The notes: generated from the sequence alone by a model not told the origin. A DNA stretch of 64,000 bases from Caldilineaceae bacterium (GCA_046328715.1 JAXLWB010000053.1:1-64000); one strand, 5' to 3'; counted from the first letter of the stretch, positions 17,600 through 27,602 are shown. A program made the numbers and translations.

Positions 17600-20500
17600 T
17601 TGGGCCAAATTGACCGTTTTGACGCTATGACGCAACCACTCCCAAATTCTGCCGCACAACCAAAACGGCAGATGCCTCTTGAAACGAATAGCGAAGTACC
17701 CAATCAAGATGCTTCGTTGCGCGATGAGCTTTTGGGTCGTACTGTTGACAGCTATCGGCTTGAACAAAGGCTGGGCGGCGGCGCAATGGCCTCGGTCTAC
17801 CGGGCGACGGATCTCAACTCAGGCGAGCAGGTGGCGATCAAGTTACTTTTGCCCGGCGCTGACCAGGCCATGCGTGAGCGCTTTCGCCGGGAGATGCGTA
17901 CGGTTAGCCATCTCAACCATTCGAACATTGTGCGAACGGTCGCTGTAAGTTTGCATAGTGGTGATGAGGCTGCCTATATTGCCATGGAGTTAGTAGAAGG
18001 GGAGAGTTTAGGGCAGCTACTTGAGCGCAGTGGTCAGTTAAGTATGATCGACAGTTGCGCTCTATTGGCACCGATCGCTCGCGCTTTAGCCTATGCTCAC
18101 CAACAAGGCGTTGTCCATCGTGATGTAAAGCCGAGCAATATCCTGCTGCGTCGCTCGACCTGGGGGGATGCCAATGCAGTACGGATTGCGGCGATCGATA
18201 CACCAGTGGTGCCACTGCTCTCGGATTTTGGCATCGCCCTGGTTCTCGACGCCCCAGAGTTAACGAGCGCCGGGCGAACGATTGGCACTCCCGCTTATAT
18301 GGCGCCTGAACAATGTTCTGGCAGTCGCGAAGTTGATGGGCGGGCGGATATCTATGCGCTCGGGGCGGTCCTCTTTCGCTCACTCATCGGTCGGCCACTG
18401 TTCATGGGCAATACAACGCAAATTTTGCACGCCCATGTCTACGAACCAGTGGTTATTCCCGACGACAACATGCGCCTGCTTTCGCCCCTCGTCGTCGAGA
18501 TTTTAGCAATGGCCCTAGCCAAAGAGCCTGAAGAACGATATGAAGAGGCAGGATGGCTGGCCGAAGATTTGGCAGTCGCTGCGGGCCAGCGTGTGCGATC
18601 CTCAGCCCGTAAGAATGCGGCGAGCGAAGCGACTGCGACCATGTCTTCGTTGCCAACGGCGAATCCATCCACCAAGACCTCTAGCCACGTGCTGGTGCCG
18701 GCACCGAAAGCCAAGAATGAACGGAAAACGCTTGAGAGCTCGTCGATGGAGGTTTTGCCCGAGGAAGATCCAGTCATCCCCTTGATTCCACCGAAGGCCA
18801 AAGGTACATCCGTTGTTCGCCCGGACGAACGTAGACGACAACCGAACTGGAGGCGTTCGGGGCGCTGGTTGGCAAGTGCGATTGCAACACTCGTTGGTCT
18901 GGTTGCTATTAGCCTGGCAATTATCATGTGGCCCCGCCCGAGTACACCTTTGCCGTCACCGACGACGCCTATCACTGTAGAACCAGTTCCGTCGGTGGCA
19001 GTAGCCGTTGTCCCAGCGACCGAGGCACTCGTTGCAACGAGTGCAGAAACTACTTTCACTGCAACAACCCCAGTCAGCAATGCGGTTGCTATAGAAGCAT
19101 CTGCGTCTACGCAGGTGATCACGGTTGAGGCTACCAGCGCAGCGACCGCAACATCGACGCTTGCACCCCCTGAACCGACAGATACACCGCTGGCCACTGC
19201 TACGCTGACGCCGACGCTGTCGTTGGCCGATGCCAAGAGTGCATTAACTCAGGCGCAGGCTTCCTTTGAGGCGGGCGAATGGTCCACGGCGGTCGAATAT
19301 CTCGTACAGCTTCATCAAGGTGCACCCGATTACTCGCCTGATTCGGTGTCGGAGATGTTAGGAAACAGCTACCTGCTCTTGGCGGCAGTCAACAACCAAC
19401 GGGGTGCCTATACCGAAACAATTGAACTGCTCAACAATGGCCAAAAATTCTTAACTGGTCAGCCAATTGCGGAGAGCTTGCGTCAACTCTCGGCCCGTAC
19501 GCAGGCAGTTCTCCTGGCCGAAACGTCGGACGCCCATAATGCTGCCCTGCAAGATCTGCAAAAGGTGCATCAGATCCTGGCATCACAACTTGTAGATGAG
19601 AAACAGTTTTGTGCATCTCTGGTTCATTTGAGTACGGCCAAGACGATCCACGACGATGTCAGCATCGATGTCGTCGAGTCTCAATATCAGGATAAGTGTA
19701 CGCGGCAACGTGAGGTGCGCAACCAAGAGAGCTTCCTGGCTATGCTGACTGGCAATCTGCTCTACTCCAGCCAATCCGAAAATGACTCGAAACGAGAGAG
19801 TATATACCGTCAATCTCTTACCCGATCGGAGCCACCCACACTCTTAATTGCCAACGCTCGCTTCCCTGCTCAACAACATAATAGCGTCAAGATTGCCTAC
19901 TATAACACTGCGTCGGCTTCGGGGTTGTATGAGTTCGACCCAACCCAAACCTCCGATCCGAATGAAAGAGGCCAGGCCTTGGCGACAGAATTTACGGAAG
20001 ATGGCAGCGAATCTCCCAGCAGTTGGAGCTATAGCAATGATCTTCTTGTTTTTGCCACCTTGCGCGAGGGCGATCGGCGCTCTCGACTTTTTGTCTACGC
20101 CAATGATGGCAGTTCATCTACGCACAAACTGGTGGATACCAAGGCAACCTGGCCGGCTTGGCGTCCACTGGGCATCGACAGCCGCGCCGATTGGATCGCC
20201 TTTAACGGTGCCAATCAGTCCGAGAACGAACCCGGCTTGTGGCTTGCCACCCATGATGGGATAGCTTTCACGCGGCTCACTGACAATGGGGATGATATTG
20301 CGCCTGTGTGGACGCCAGATGGCACCGCGCTCTTCTTTTCAAATCCAAGTCGTAGTGGCAATTGGGATATTTATCAGGTGGTGGTGGGTCCTGAGCCAAC
20401 GCTCACTACGCCTAGCCATTTCATTGACTTTCCCAGCGTCGACATCATGCCAGCAGTAAGTCCAGATGGCAAGGTGCTCGCCTTTGTCAGCGATCGGGGT

Positions 20501-20614
20501 GGACAATGGCAAATCTGGGTTGTACCCATTGAAGGTGGTACGCCAATCGTACTGGCCGATCTCGAAGGAAAGATTTCCGATCCAATGAGGCAGTCGATGC
20601 AGTGGGTGAGGTAG
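17600..20614 (+). CDS. Membrane Ser/Thr protein kinase with PT/Ala-rich linker, TPR-like region and C-terminal TolB-like beta-propeller
   Basis: Hanks kinase motifs (GGGAMASVYRA…AIK, HRDVKPSNILL, DFGIA, APE); TM (WLASAIATLVGLVAISLAIIMW); C-terminal PDGTALFF / PDGKVLAFVSDRGGQWQIWV repeats. Confidence 0.88.
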   Translation: MGQIDRFDAMTQPLPNSAAQPKRQMPLETNSEVPNQDASLRDELLGRTVDSYRLEQRLGGGAMASVYRATDLNSGEQVAIKLLLPGADQAMRERFRREMRTVSHLNHSNIVRTVAVSLHSGDEAAYIAMELVEGESLGQLLERSGQLSMIDSCALLAPIARALAYAHQQGVVHRDVKPSNILLRRSTWGDANAVRIAAIDTPVVPLLSDFGIALVLDAPELTSAGRTIGTPAYMAPEQCSGSREVDGRADIYALGAVLFRSLIGRPLFMGNTTQILHAHVYEPVVIPDDNMRLLSPLVVEILAMALAKEPEERYEEAGWLAEDLAVAAGQRVRSSARKNAASEATATMSSLPTANPSTKTSSHVLVPAPKAKNERKTLESSSMEVLPEEDPVIPLIPPKAKGTSVVRPDERRRQPNWRRSGRWLASAIATLVGLVAISLAIIMWPRPSTPLPSPTTPITVEPVPSVAVAVVPATEALVATSAETTFTATTPVSNAVAIEASASTQVITVEATSAATATSTLAPPEPTDTPLATATLTPTLSLADAKSALTQAQASFEAGEWSTAVEYLVQLHQGAPDYSPDSVSEMLGNSYLLLAAVNNQRGAYTETIELLNNGQKFLTGQPIAESLRQLSARTQAVLLAETSDAHNAALQDLQKVHQILASQLVDEKQFCASLVHLSTAKTIHDDVSIDVVESQYQDKCTRQREVRNQESFLAMLTGNLLYSSQSENDSKRESIYRQSLTRSEPPTLLIANARFPAQQHNSVKIAYYNTASASGLYEFDPTQTSDPNERGQALATEFTEDGSESPSSWSYSNDLLVFATLREGDRRSRLFVYANDGSSSTHKLVDTKATWPAWRPLGIDSRADWIAFNGANQSENEPGLWLATHDGIAFTRLTDNGDDIAPVWTPDGTALFFSNPSRSGNWDIYQVVVGPEPTLTTPSHFIDFPSVDIMPAVSPDGKVLAFVSDRGGQWQIWVVPIEGGTPIVLADLEGKISDPMRQSMQWVR

Positions 20615-20620
20615 ACAATG

Positions 20621-20697
20621 AACAGTGGACAGTGAATCAGTGAGGAAACTTCACTGACTTACTGTCCACTGACCTACTGACTCACTGACTCACCGCC
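20621..20697. repeat. Structured repeat: ~21-bp imperfect hairpin followed by three tandem ~15-bp units containing cactgac
   Basis: cagtggacagtgaatcagtgagg / cttcactgacttactgtccactg inverted; then tcactgacttactgt / ccactgacctactga / ctcactgactcaccg; sits 7 nt after the kinase stop. Confidence 0.55.
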
Positions 20698-20843
20698 CCC
20701 TGCAATTTGCAGTTTGTCTTTCTGACCAGTTTGTTGCATACTATTATTAATTGCGGGAAGATATCCGACACGCAATCGTAGAACCCCAAATTTTCTACAA
20801 GCGACATAAAAATATTTTCCATCACATTTTAAGGAGGAAACCA

Positions 20844-21683
20844 ATGAGCTTTCTCAAACGTGGCAGCAAGCGCATGCGCCTGGTCCTGGGTGTCGCACTT
20901 CTGCTCATTGCCGCCACCATTCTGGCCGGCTGTGGAGCTATCCCCGACCCAAGTACCGTACCCTTTTTAGATCAGGTCTTTGCGCCGCCGACTCCCACAG
21001 CTACACCGACGTCGCCACCCACAGCGACGCCATTGCCCACACCGACGCCAAAGCCCGGTGAAACACCCTTGCCGCCCACAGCTACCCCAGTACCGACTCC
21101 TCAGGTCACAATTCCTAAGGGCTTTACCGCAATCACGGATGATCGCCTGAAATACTCCTTTGCCGTGCCACGCGGTTGGAGTGAACTCGATCTGCGCGGT
21201 GCTCAGGTCCGCCAATTGCTCACCACCGTGGGGCAGGCTGCGGTCATTCCACAGATTGACCAATTCCTGGCGACCAAGGAAGGTGAAATGCTCGGCAAGA
21301 TTTACATTGCCGATCTGACTAATGCCATGTTTGGTGGTATTCCATCCGCCATTGTGGTTTCAGTCGTGCCTGCGCCCGAAGGAATTACGCCAGAGAGCGG
21401 CAAGCAGATGATCGAGGACATCGTTGCTGCCAACTCCAGCATGTTGCCCGGTGCCAAGGTCGAAGGCTTGGAAGCGGCTACCATCAATGGCATGCCCGGC
21501 GTCCGTGGCAATTTGACCGCCAATTTGGCACCGGTTGGCATGAACGCAACTGCCTTTGGTAAGGTCGTTGCTTTGCTCGCCAATAACAACCTCTATGTCA
21601 TGGCGTTGATTACCCAGGACACCAACCGTGGTGCCAAGGAACCTCAGTTCGACCAGATCATCGGCACCTTCCGACCGGAGTAA
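20844..21683 (+). CDS. Lipoprotein with PT-rich linker, unknown function
   Basis: AAGGAGG RBS at 20831-37; signal + lipobox LAGC; PTPTATPTSPPTATPLPTPTP linker; globular C-terminal domain. Start moved to 20844 from the ORF-track 20751. Confidence 0.65.
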   Translation: MSFLKRGSKRMRLVLGVALLLIAATILAGCGAIPDPSTVPFLDQVFAPPTPTATPTSPPTATPLPTPTPKPGETPLPPTATPVPTPQVTIPKGFTAITDDRLKYSFAVPRGWSELDLRGAQVRQLLTTVGQAAVIPQIDQFLATKEGEMLGKIYIADLTNAMFGGIPSAIVVSVVPAPEGITPESGKQMIEDIVAANSSMLPGAKVEGLEAATINGMPGVRGNLTANLAPVGMNATAFGKVVALLANNNLYVMALITQDTNRGAKEPQFDQIIGTFRPE

Positions 21684-21756
21684 GACAAGTAAGTGACTGG
21701 CACTTTTTCTAGTATCGTTGGTGTAGTAGAAAGTGCCGGGCACATCAGTTTTGATT

Positions 21757-21827
21757 GAGATTAGGAGATTTGGAGATTCGGTAATTGAGTAATTACTGAA
21801 TTTCTCAATCTCCTAATCTTTTTTTCA
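21757..21827 (+). terminator. Rho-independent terminator
   Basis: gattaggagatt…aatctcctaatc stem followed by ttttttt. Confidence 0.7.
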
Positions 21828-21850
21828 TCTGCATTGCACGTTGCCCATCC

Positions 21851-22660
21851 ATGATCGATCTTGCGCCAAACCACAAACTGGGGCTTCAAGTGGTCAATCC
21901 GATCCTATTGGCTGGCGGCTCGATTGGGTATGGCGAGGCTATTCATCCTGCGTTGGCTACCGAAGAACTCGGTGCCGTGGTGGTGGGGCCCCTGTTGATG
22001 CAAAGTCGTGCTGGCGCGCCTCCCCCCCGCTTGACTAAGCTTTCTGGAGGTTTTGTACTCAACACTGCTCTACAAAATCGGGGATTGACGGCAACTCTGC
22101 GCAATTTTGCCAGACTCTGGCCACGTTTAGGTTGCCCGGTCATTGTGCAGGTTGCAGAAAACAATGTTCGACTGTTGCCACGGATGGTGCAACAACTGGA
22201 AGAAATCGAATCGGTCGCTGGAATTGAACTGTTGTTGGCGCACGAGGTGGAGAATCGAATCGTCAAAACATTGATACGCGCAATTATCAACAGTTGCGAC
22301 CTACCTTTATGGGTCAAATTGCCCATGGATCGATCCCTCGAACTGGCTGAGATCTGCATCCAAAACGAAGCTGTCGGCCTGGTGATTGGCAGCGCAAGCG
22401 CAAAACTCGTCAGCAATTCGCCAATCGCTGGCAATGCATTTGGTCCTATGGTTTTTCCCCATATGGTGCAAGCGCTACGAGAGGTCGCTTTGCTCAAACT
22501 CGGCTGTGCCTTGATTGCCTGTGGTGGCATCCATACGGTAGAACAAGTTCAGCAAGCGCTGGACACAGGAGCAAGCGCGCTGCAGCTTGACAGCGCCATT
22601 TGGGTAGAGCCTGGGTTGCCTGCGTACTTGTCACAGAGTTATGGGAGAACCGATCCCTAA
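21851..22660 (+). CDS. Dihydroorotate dehydrogenase-like (class 1 DHOD/DHPD family) protein, short
   Basis: N-terminal LGLQVVNPILLAGGSIGYG resembles the L…KNPIM.ASG opening of class-1 DHODs; TIM-barrel-like periodicity; only 269 aa. Confidence 0.5.
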   Translation: MIDLAPNHKLGLQVVNPILLAGGSIGYGEAIHPALATEELGAVVVGPLLMQSRAGAPPPRLTKLSGGFVLNTALQNRGLTATLRNFARLWPRLGCPVIVQVAENNVRLLPRMVQQLEEIESVAGIELLLAHEVENRIVKTLIRAIINSCDLPLWVKLPMDRSLELAEICIQNEAVGLVIGSASAKLVSNSPIAGNAFGPMVFPHMVQALREVALLKLGCALIACGGIHTVEQVQQALDTGASALQLDSAIWVEPGLPAYLSQSYGRTDP

Positions 22661-22759
22661 TCTCATTTGTCAGCCTGCTGGGTAACACCGACAAATGAAC
22701 TGAAGTATGATCGTGTCAAAGTTCGATAGCTTTGAGTTTCGATCATTTTCAGGTGCAAT

Positions 22760-23203
22760 ATGTGGCAAAGTCTGGTGGGCTATCTATTTGGTTGTGGCTT
22801 TCTGGCTTTTGGTCTGTTTGGCCTTTATCATTTGCCAGGCAGAATCAAACTAGCAAATGAAAGCTGGCGCTGGCCGACAAAGGTAGGCAAAATTGTCAAC
22901 TCAGGATTGGTAAGTTCTGGGCGCTCTTACCGGGCAGAGGTTCATTATCGCTACAAGGTGGGCTGCCGTTACTACGGTGGTTCTACTATTACATGGCTGC
23001 CAAAACTACGTAGAAATCAAACCATTCTCAAAACCTATAAAAAAGGTCACGCTGTCAAAGTTTATTATAATCCTGCACATCCACAAATATCGGTTCTGGA
23101 GCCGGGGTATACAGTTTTCGGTGTACTTGCTCACTGTATGATGTTTGGATTTTTTCTTGGCGCAGGGTACATAGCAATTGCCTCGACACTTGCGCAGCGT
23201 TAA
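22760..23203 (+). CDS. DUF3592-like small membrane protein
   Basis: TM-loop-beta-rich core-TM architecture. Confidence 0.45.
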   Translation: MWQSLVGYLFGCGFLAFGLFGLYHLPGRIKLANESWRWPTKVGKIVNSGLVSSGRSYRAEVHYRYKVGCRYYGGSTITWLPKLRRNQTILKTYKKGHAVKVYYNPAHPQISVLEPGYTVFGVLAHCMMFGFFLGAGYIAIASTLAQR

Positions 23204-23244
23204 AGATAGTAACTCTCCGTACTCGTTGATAAATCGAGAATCCG

Positions 23245-23919
23245 ATGAAACAGATCAGACTACAAAAACTATGTTGGATGGGAATTATACTCCCCGCACT
23301 TCTCTTGACACTCTTGTTGGCGGCCTGTGGATCAGATGATCCTACACCTGCACCGACAGCAGCGCCGACTGCAACTTCACTACCAATGGCCACACCCGCC
23401 AACGATCAAGCTGCGAGTGCAGCTCCAGCAATTCTGCCAGGCTCAGTGACGGAGACAGTTGGCGCGCCACAGCCTGGTCCGATTGAGGGATCTTTGGTCT
23501 ATACGGATTTGCCGCGTAACCATCGCCCCGATCGCATCAGCTACCCGATGAATCCACCGGTAGGCGGCGATCATAACCCGGCGTGGTTAAACTGTGGGGT
23601 TTACACGGTAACCCTGCCCGCCGAACTTGCCGTTCATTCGATGGAACATGGTGCAGTCTGGATTACCTATCTGCCTGATCTTCCTGCCGACCAGGTGGCA
23701 ACGTTGAAGACGCTGACCAAGGCTGGCGCTTTCCGTCTGCTCAATCCCAATCCTGGTCAGGATAGTCCAATTATCGCAACTGCTTGGGGTGTGCAGTTGA
23801 AGTTACAAAGCGCCGACGATCCTCGGCTGCAAGAGTTTATTAGCCGCTACGAAAATCGCCCAGACGGTCCGGAATTTGGTGCACCCTGTAGTGGTGCCTA
23901 TGGTGAGCCAGAGAAATAG
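23245..23919 (+). CDS. DUF3105-like lipoprotein
   Basis: Lipobox LAAC; conserved block PPVGGDHNPAWLNCGVY…MEHGAVWITY. Confidence 0.5.
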   Translation: MKQIRLQKLCWMGIILPALLLTLLLAACGSDDPTPAPTAAPTATSLPMATPANDQAASAAPAILPGSVTETVGAPQPGPIEGSLVYTDLPRNHRPDRISYPMNPPVGGDHNPAWLNCGVYTVTLPAELAVHSMEHGAVWITYLPDLPADQVATLKTLTKAGAFRLLNPNPGQDSPIIATAWGVQLKLQSADDPRLQEFISRYENRPDGPEFGAPCSGAYGEPEK

Positions 23920-23945
23920 AAATTGTGAATTGCAGATTGGGATCT

Positions 23946-25112
23946 CTAGTCTCCAATCGCAAAGGCTAACTGTTGCGGGGGGCGCTTGCCATTTAAGAGG
24001 ATGAAGGGCGTGGCACGATGAATGTCGCGTACGCCCGCTGCTTTGAGGTGAGAAAGGTCGCTCAGGTTGCCTTTGCTGCGTGCTTTGAGGATTGCATCGG
24101 CAGCAAGCGGACCAATTCCAGGGATACGCAGAAGTTCGTTGCGATTGGCTCGGTTAATTTCAACCGGCGATTCTTTTAGATTGGCCTCAGCAAAAAGCAA
24201 TTTAGGATCATTGCTAAGTGGTAGGTTGGTGTCGGTGGCAAAGGGCAAATCTTCAATACTAAAACCGTAATCACGCAAGAGAAAACTGGCCTGGTAGAGG
24301 CGATGTTCGCGTAGCGACGCAACCGGTGCTCTCTCTTCAAACGGAGTCTGTGATACGGGATGGAAGGCCGAAAAATAGGTGCGGCGCAATCCCAGTTGTC
24401 CATACAACTTTTCTGTGACCGCCAATAACTCTAAGTCGGTGTCGCCGACTGCACCGACGACAAACTGAGTCACAATGCTGGTGTGCAGGTTTTTGCGTTT
24501 GCGAATTTGGCTAGCCCACGAAAGCGCTCGAAATAGCTCATTCCAATAATCTTTTTTTGGGGCAAGGGCTTGTAGACGCTGCGCAGTCGCTCCCTCCAGG
24601 TTGATCGACACCCGATCCGAAAGTTGCATTGCTCGTTCAATCTGGTCATACTCGGCACCAGGCATGATTTTGAGATGAACATAGCCGCGGTAATCGTACT
24701 TGCGGCGTAAAATTTCCGCCGTATCGATGATCTTGTCCTGGGTGGTAATGCCACCCTTGATAATGCCAGAGGAGAGAAACAATCCATCCACGTGGCCCGA
24801 CGTTTGCAAAAGGCTGTAGCTCTTGGCCATTTCGTCAGGTGTAAAAGTGACGCGGCTGGTCTTGTTGCGTCCAGCACGGAAGGGGCAATAGAAACAGTTG
24901 CGCTCACAAGCCGTGGTCATCATCGCCTTAAGAATCGGCTTTTTACCCTGCGGCGTGGAGACATCGGAGATACAAGGCAGTGGCTTGGGCGCACGCGTTC
25001 CAGCCGGCTCTTTTTCCAGCAACGGATCGCCGCCTGCCGGCTCAAAACGCGTGGCATCGTCAAGTAGAGAGAGTTTTTGGATTGGATCAGGTGCGACGCG
25101 GAATGGTTGCAT
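23946..25112 (-). CDS. Putative DNA modification/repair radical SAM protein with C-terminal helix-hairpin-helix
   Basis: CX3CX2C (CERNCFYC) radical-SAM cluster motif; C-terminal NELLRIPGIGPLAADAIL HhH. Confidence 0.7.
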   Translation of the reverse strand: MQPFRVAPDPIQKLSLLDDATRFEPAGGDPLLEKEPAGTRAPKPLPCISDVSTPQGKKPILKAMMTTACERNCFYCPFRAGRNKTSRVTFTPDEMAKSYSLLQTSGHVDGLFLSSGIIKGGITTQDKIIDTAEILRRKYDYRGYVHLKIMPGAEYDQIERAMQLSDRVSINLEGATAQRLQALAPKKDYWNELFRALSWASQIRKRKNLHTSIVTQFVVGAVGDTDLELLAVTEKLYGQLGLRRTYFSAFHPVSQTPFEERAPVASLREHRLYQASFLLRDYGFSIEDLPFATDTNLPLSNDPKLLFAEANLKESPVEINRANRNELLRIPGIGPLAADAILKARSKGNLSDLSHLKAAGVRDIHRATPFILLNGKRPPQQLAFAIGD

Positions 25113-25339
25113 GATAGTGAATTAATCGTCAGACAAGTTAGCCATTCAGAAACCCTACCCTACCCCTCCCCTGATAAAGGAGGGAACTGTGAAGGAAAGG
25201 ATTATGTCTATTCTTCTGTCCACCAAAGATAATCCTTTCTTCGATAGTTCCCTCCCTGGTTTGGGGAGGGTTAGGGCGGGGTTGCGTTTAAATAGAACTC
25301 TTGTTCTGTATTTTACCAGAACATTTGTGCGGGGTCAAT

Positions 25340-25798
25340 ATGCGGGCAGTGATTCAACGGGTCAGCGAAGCAAGTGTAACGGTCGAGGGTACAGTTGTTG
25401 GCCAAATTGGACGGGGATTTTTGGTCTTGCTCGGTATTGCGCATAGTGATACAGGGGCTGAGGCGCTTTTTCTGGCGCGCAAAATTGCGGGGCTGCGGGT
25501 CTTCGAAGACGGCGAAGGTAAGATGAATCTTGCCTTGGGCGATGTGGGTGGTGGCCTCTTGGCGGTGAGCCAGTTTACCCTTTATGGTGATACTCGTAAA
25601 GGTCGCCGCCCCAGTTTCATTGATGCTGCCCGACCCGAGCAGGCGGAGCCACTCTATCGTCGCTTTTGTGAACTTGCAGCCGCCGAAGGTATCAAGGTCG
25701 AACGAGGAATTTTCCAAGCCTCGATGCAAGTTGCTCTGATCAATGACGGGCCGGTGACGATCTGGATGGATACAAGTGAAATGAAACGTGATGCGTGA
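25340..25798 (+). CDS. dtd: D-aminoacyl-tRNA deacylase
   Basis: MRAVIQRV start, SQFTLYGD and GRRPSF motifs typical of Dtd; about 152 aa. Start moved to the internal ATG at 25340. Confidence 0.88.
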   Translation: MRAVIQRVSEASVTVEGTVVGQIGRGFLVLLGIAHSDTGAEALFLARKIAGLRVFEDGEGKMNLALGDVGGGLLAVSQFTLYGDTRKGRRPSFIDAARPEQAEPLYRRFCELAAAEGIKVERGIFQASMQVALINDGPVTIWMDTSEMKRDA

Positions 25799-25916
25799 AT
25801 CATGATGCGTGAAATTTTGTGCCCTTCCATCCTAAACCGTCAAGAGTCGACGGAACTGAACTTCCAATTTACACATCACGAGTCACGCATCACGTATGAA
25901 CTTTTAGGAACTCAAT

Positions 25917-26945
25917 ATGCCAAGTTTAATCGTTGTACATGCTGATTTTGAAGCACATTGGCCCTTTGTAGCAGATCAGATTTATCTGCATTGGCGGGAC
26001 CAGGATGAAACGGCTTTGGTCCGCTTGGAGCGTGGCGATCAACGTCGTCTGGGTGAAGTGGTGGCCGATGCGAGTGAGGTGACGCGTTTGATTGCTCTGG
26101 GCCTGCCAATAACCTTGGCTTGTGCGCAAGCCTTTACAGCATTGCAGGAAGCCGCCTGTCTGCCAGCCTATGGCCCTAACAAACTGGAACCAGATTGTAT
26201 TGAACATTGGCAGCATCAAGGAGTTCGCCTTTATCAGCAGCGTAGCGAGGGCTTTTGGGGACAGTCGGTTGCCGAGTTTGCGTTGGCCTTGACTCTCAAT
26301 GCACTGCGCCATATTCCCCAGAGCTATCACGAAATGTTGACCTCGCATGAAGCATGGCTGCGTTACAGCCCAAGTCGCAATCAAGGACCGGGTACACTTG
26401 GGGCGCAGTTTAGCGATAACCTGGGTTTCACACACGGCACGATTGCAGGCAAGCGGGTGCGCATCGTTGGTGCAGGCAATATTGGTAGCCGTTATGCCAG
26501 CTTTGTCAAGATGCTGGGGGCCGATGTCGCTATCTGGGACCCCTATGCGGCAGAGCCAGGTTTTCATCGCTCGGGTGCGCGGCGGGAATGGCATTTGGAG
26601 CGGTTGGTCAAGGATGCAGAGATTTTTGCGCCGATGCTACCGCTGAAGGATGACACGCGTGGTATTGTGACGGCGGCACACGTTGCTGCGCTGCCCAAAG
26701 GCTGCCTAGTTGTGCTGGCGACGCGGGCGCTAATTTGCGACATGCAAGCAATCCGTCGGCGCGTGTTAGCGGATGAGCTTGCGCTAGCGGCGGATGTCTT
26801 TGATGTGGAACCCCTCCCACTAGACGATCCGCTCCTGGGGCGGCATAATGTGGTGCATACGCCCCATCTTGCTGGTCGCACCTTCGATTCGAATCGGCAA
26901 TGGGCGGAAGATTTGATCAACCAGTTTGAAGGGAGAGAGCCATGA
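25917..26945 (+). CDS. D-isomer-specific 2-hydroxyacid dehydrogenase family, NAD-binding
   Basis: Rossmann GxGxxG (VRIVGAGNIGSRYA); catalytic R…E…H pattern near HTPHLAG. Confidence 0.8.
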   Translation: MPSLIVVHADFEAHWPFVADQIYLHWRDQDETALVRLERGDQRRLGEVVADASEVTRLIALGLPITLACAQAFTALQEAACLPAYGPNKLEPDCIEHWQHQGVRLYQQRSEGFWGQSVAEFALALTLNALRHIPQSYHEMLTSHEAWLRYSPSRNQGPGTLGAQFSDNLGFTHGTIAGKRVRIVGAGNIGSRYASFVKMLGADVAIWDPYAAEPGFHRSGARREWHLERLVKDAEIFAPMLPLKDDTRGIVTAAHVAALPKGCLVVLATRALICDMQAIRRRVLADELALAADVFDVEPLPLDDPLLGRHNVVHTPHLAGRTFDSNRQWAEDLINQFEGREP

Positions 26946-27535
26946 ACATTCAATCCACGCTCACGGTTGAAGAACCAGCAGTTGATCTCGCAATTGCCCT
27001 GGGCTATGCAGATGAGCTGGAAAATTACATCATCAAGGATGATCTCTATCGCACCGTCTGGGTGCGCACGCCGAATGGCGATCAGAGTATGCAGATGACA
27101 ATCGGCGATCTATTGGCTCGCCTGCACCGCTTGCAAGCCCAACGCAGCACCTTAACCGACCAACAGCAGACGCAATTAGATGAAGTACAGCAACGGGTCA
27201 CTAGCACCATCTACGGTTTGCGCACGCGTGCTCACGAGCGTCTGCAACGCGAGGTAAAAGCCCGTTTGGACAGCTTGAAATGGTATTTGGACGAAGGTGG
27301 CGAGGATCAACAACGCTTCCGTGGCAACTTCCCTTCAGAAATGCGCAATCGCCAACGCATTGAGGAGATCTTGAAGGAATTGGGCGATGAAGTAGCGCCC
27401 GAGTATAAAGAGCGACTCAAAGGCATCGACCATCGCATCCGTATGATGAGTGGCGCTTCCAAATTTATCTGGGATGAGCGCTGGAAAGATATTTACCCAC
27501 AAGTGCCGTATTGGTACTTGTACGTGCGACCATAA
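26942..27535 (+). CDS. Hypothetical protein, ATGA-coupled to the dehydrogenase
   Basis: Start overlaps the upstream stop (ATGA); charged/coiled-coil-like sequence; no recognisable motif. Confidence 0.45.
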   Translation: MNIQSTLTVEEPAVDLAIALGYADELENYIIKDDLYRTVWVRTPNGDQSMQMTIGDLLARLHRLQAQRSTLTDQQQTQLDEVQQRVTSTIYGLRTRAHERLQREVKARLDSLKWYLDEGGEDQQRFRGNFPSEMRNRQRIEEILKELGDEVAPEYKERLKGIDHRIRMMSGASKFIWDERWKDIYPQVPYWYLYVRP

Positions 27536-27602
27536 GGAGATAGGGAGATGAGGGGTGGTAACAAAACTCCTCATCTCCCTATCCCCCACCCTCCCCATAC
27601 CA

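Noticed and set aside
18439-19236. 265-aa minus-strand ORF inside the kinase gene
   Set aside because: Antisense to the Ala/Thr/Pro-rich linker of the Ser/Thr kinase, which has strong kinase motifs; the antisense product is low-complexity.
21943-22530. 195-aa minus-strand ORF overlapping the DHOD-like gene
   Set aside because: Fully nested antisense; the sense frame has an RBS-compatible start and a fold-consistent sequence.
25926-26594. 222-aa minus-strand ORF opposite the 2-hydroxyacid dehydrogenase
   Set aside because: Antisense to a gene with a clear Rossmann GxGxxG motif.
27536-27585. Hairpin between the convergent hypothetical gene and the IMPase gene as an intrinsic terminator
   Set aside because: The stem is strong (ggagatagggagatgagg…cctcatctccctatcccc) but no U-tract follows on either strand. 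It may still act as an RNA-stability or Rho-dependent element, so I did not call it a canonical terminator.
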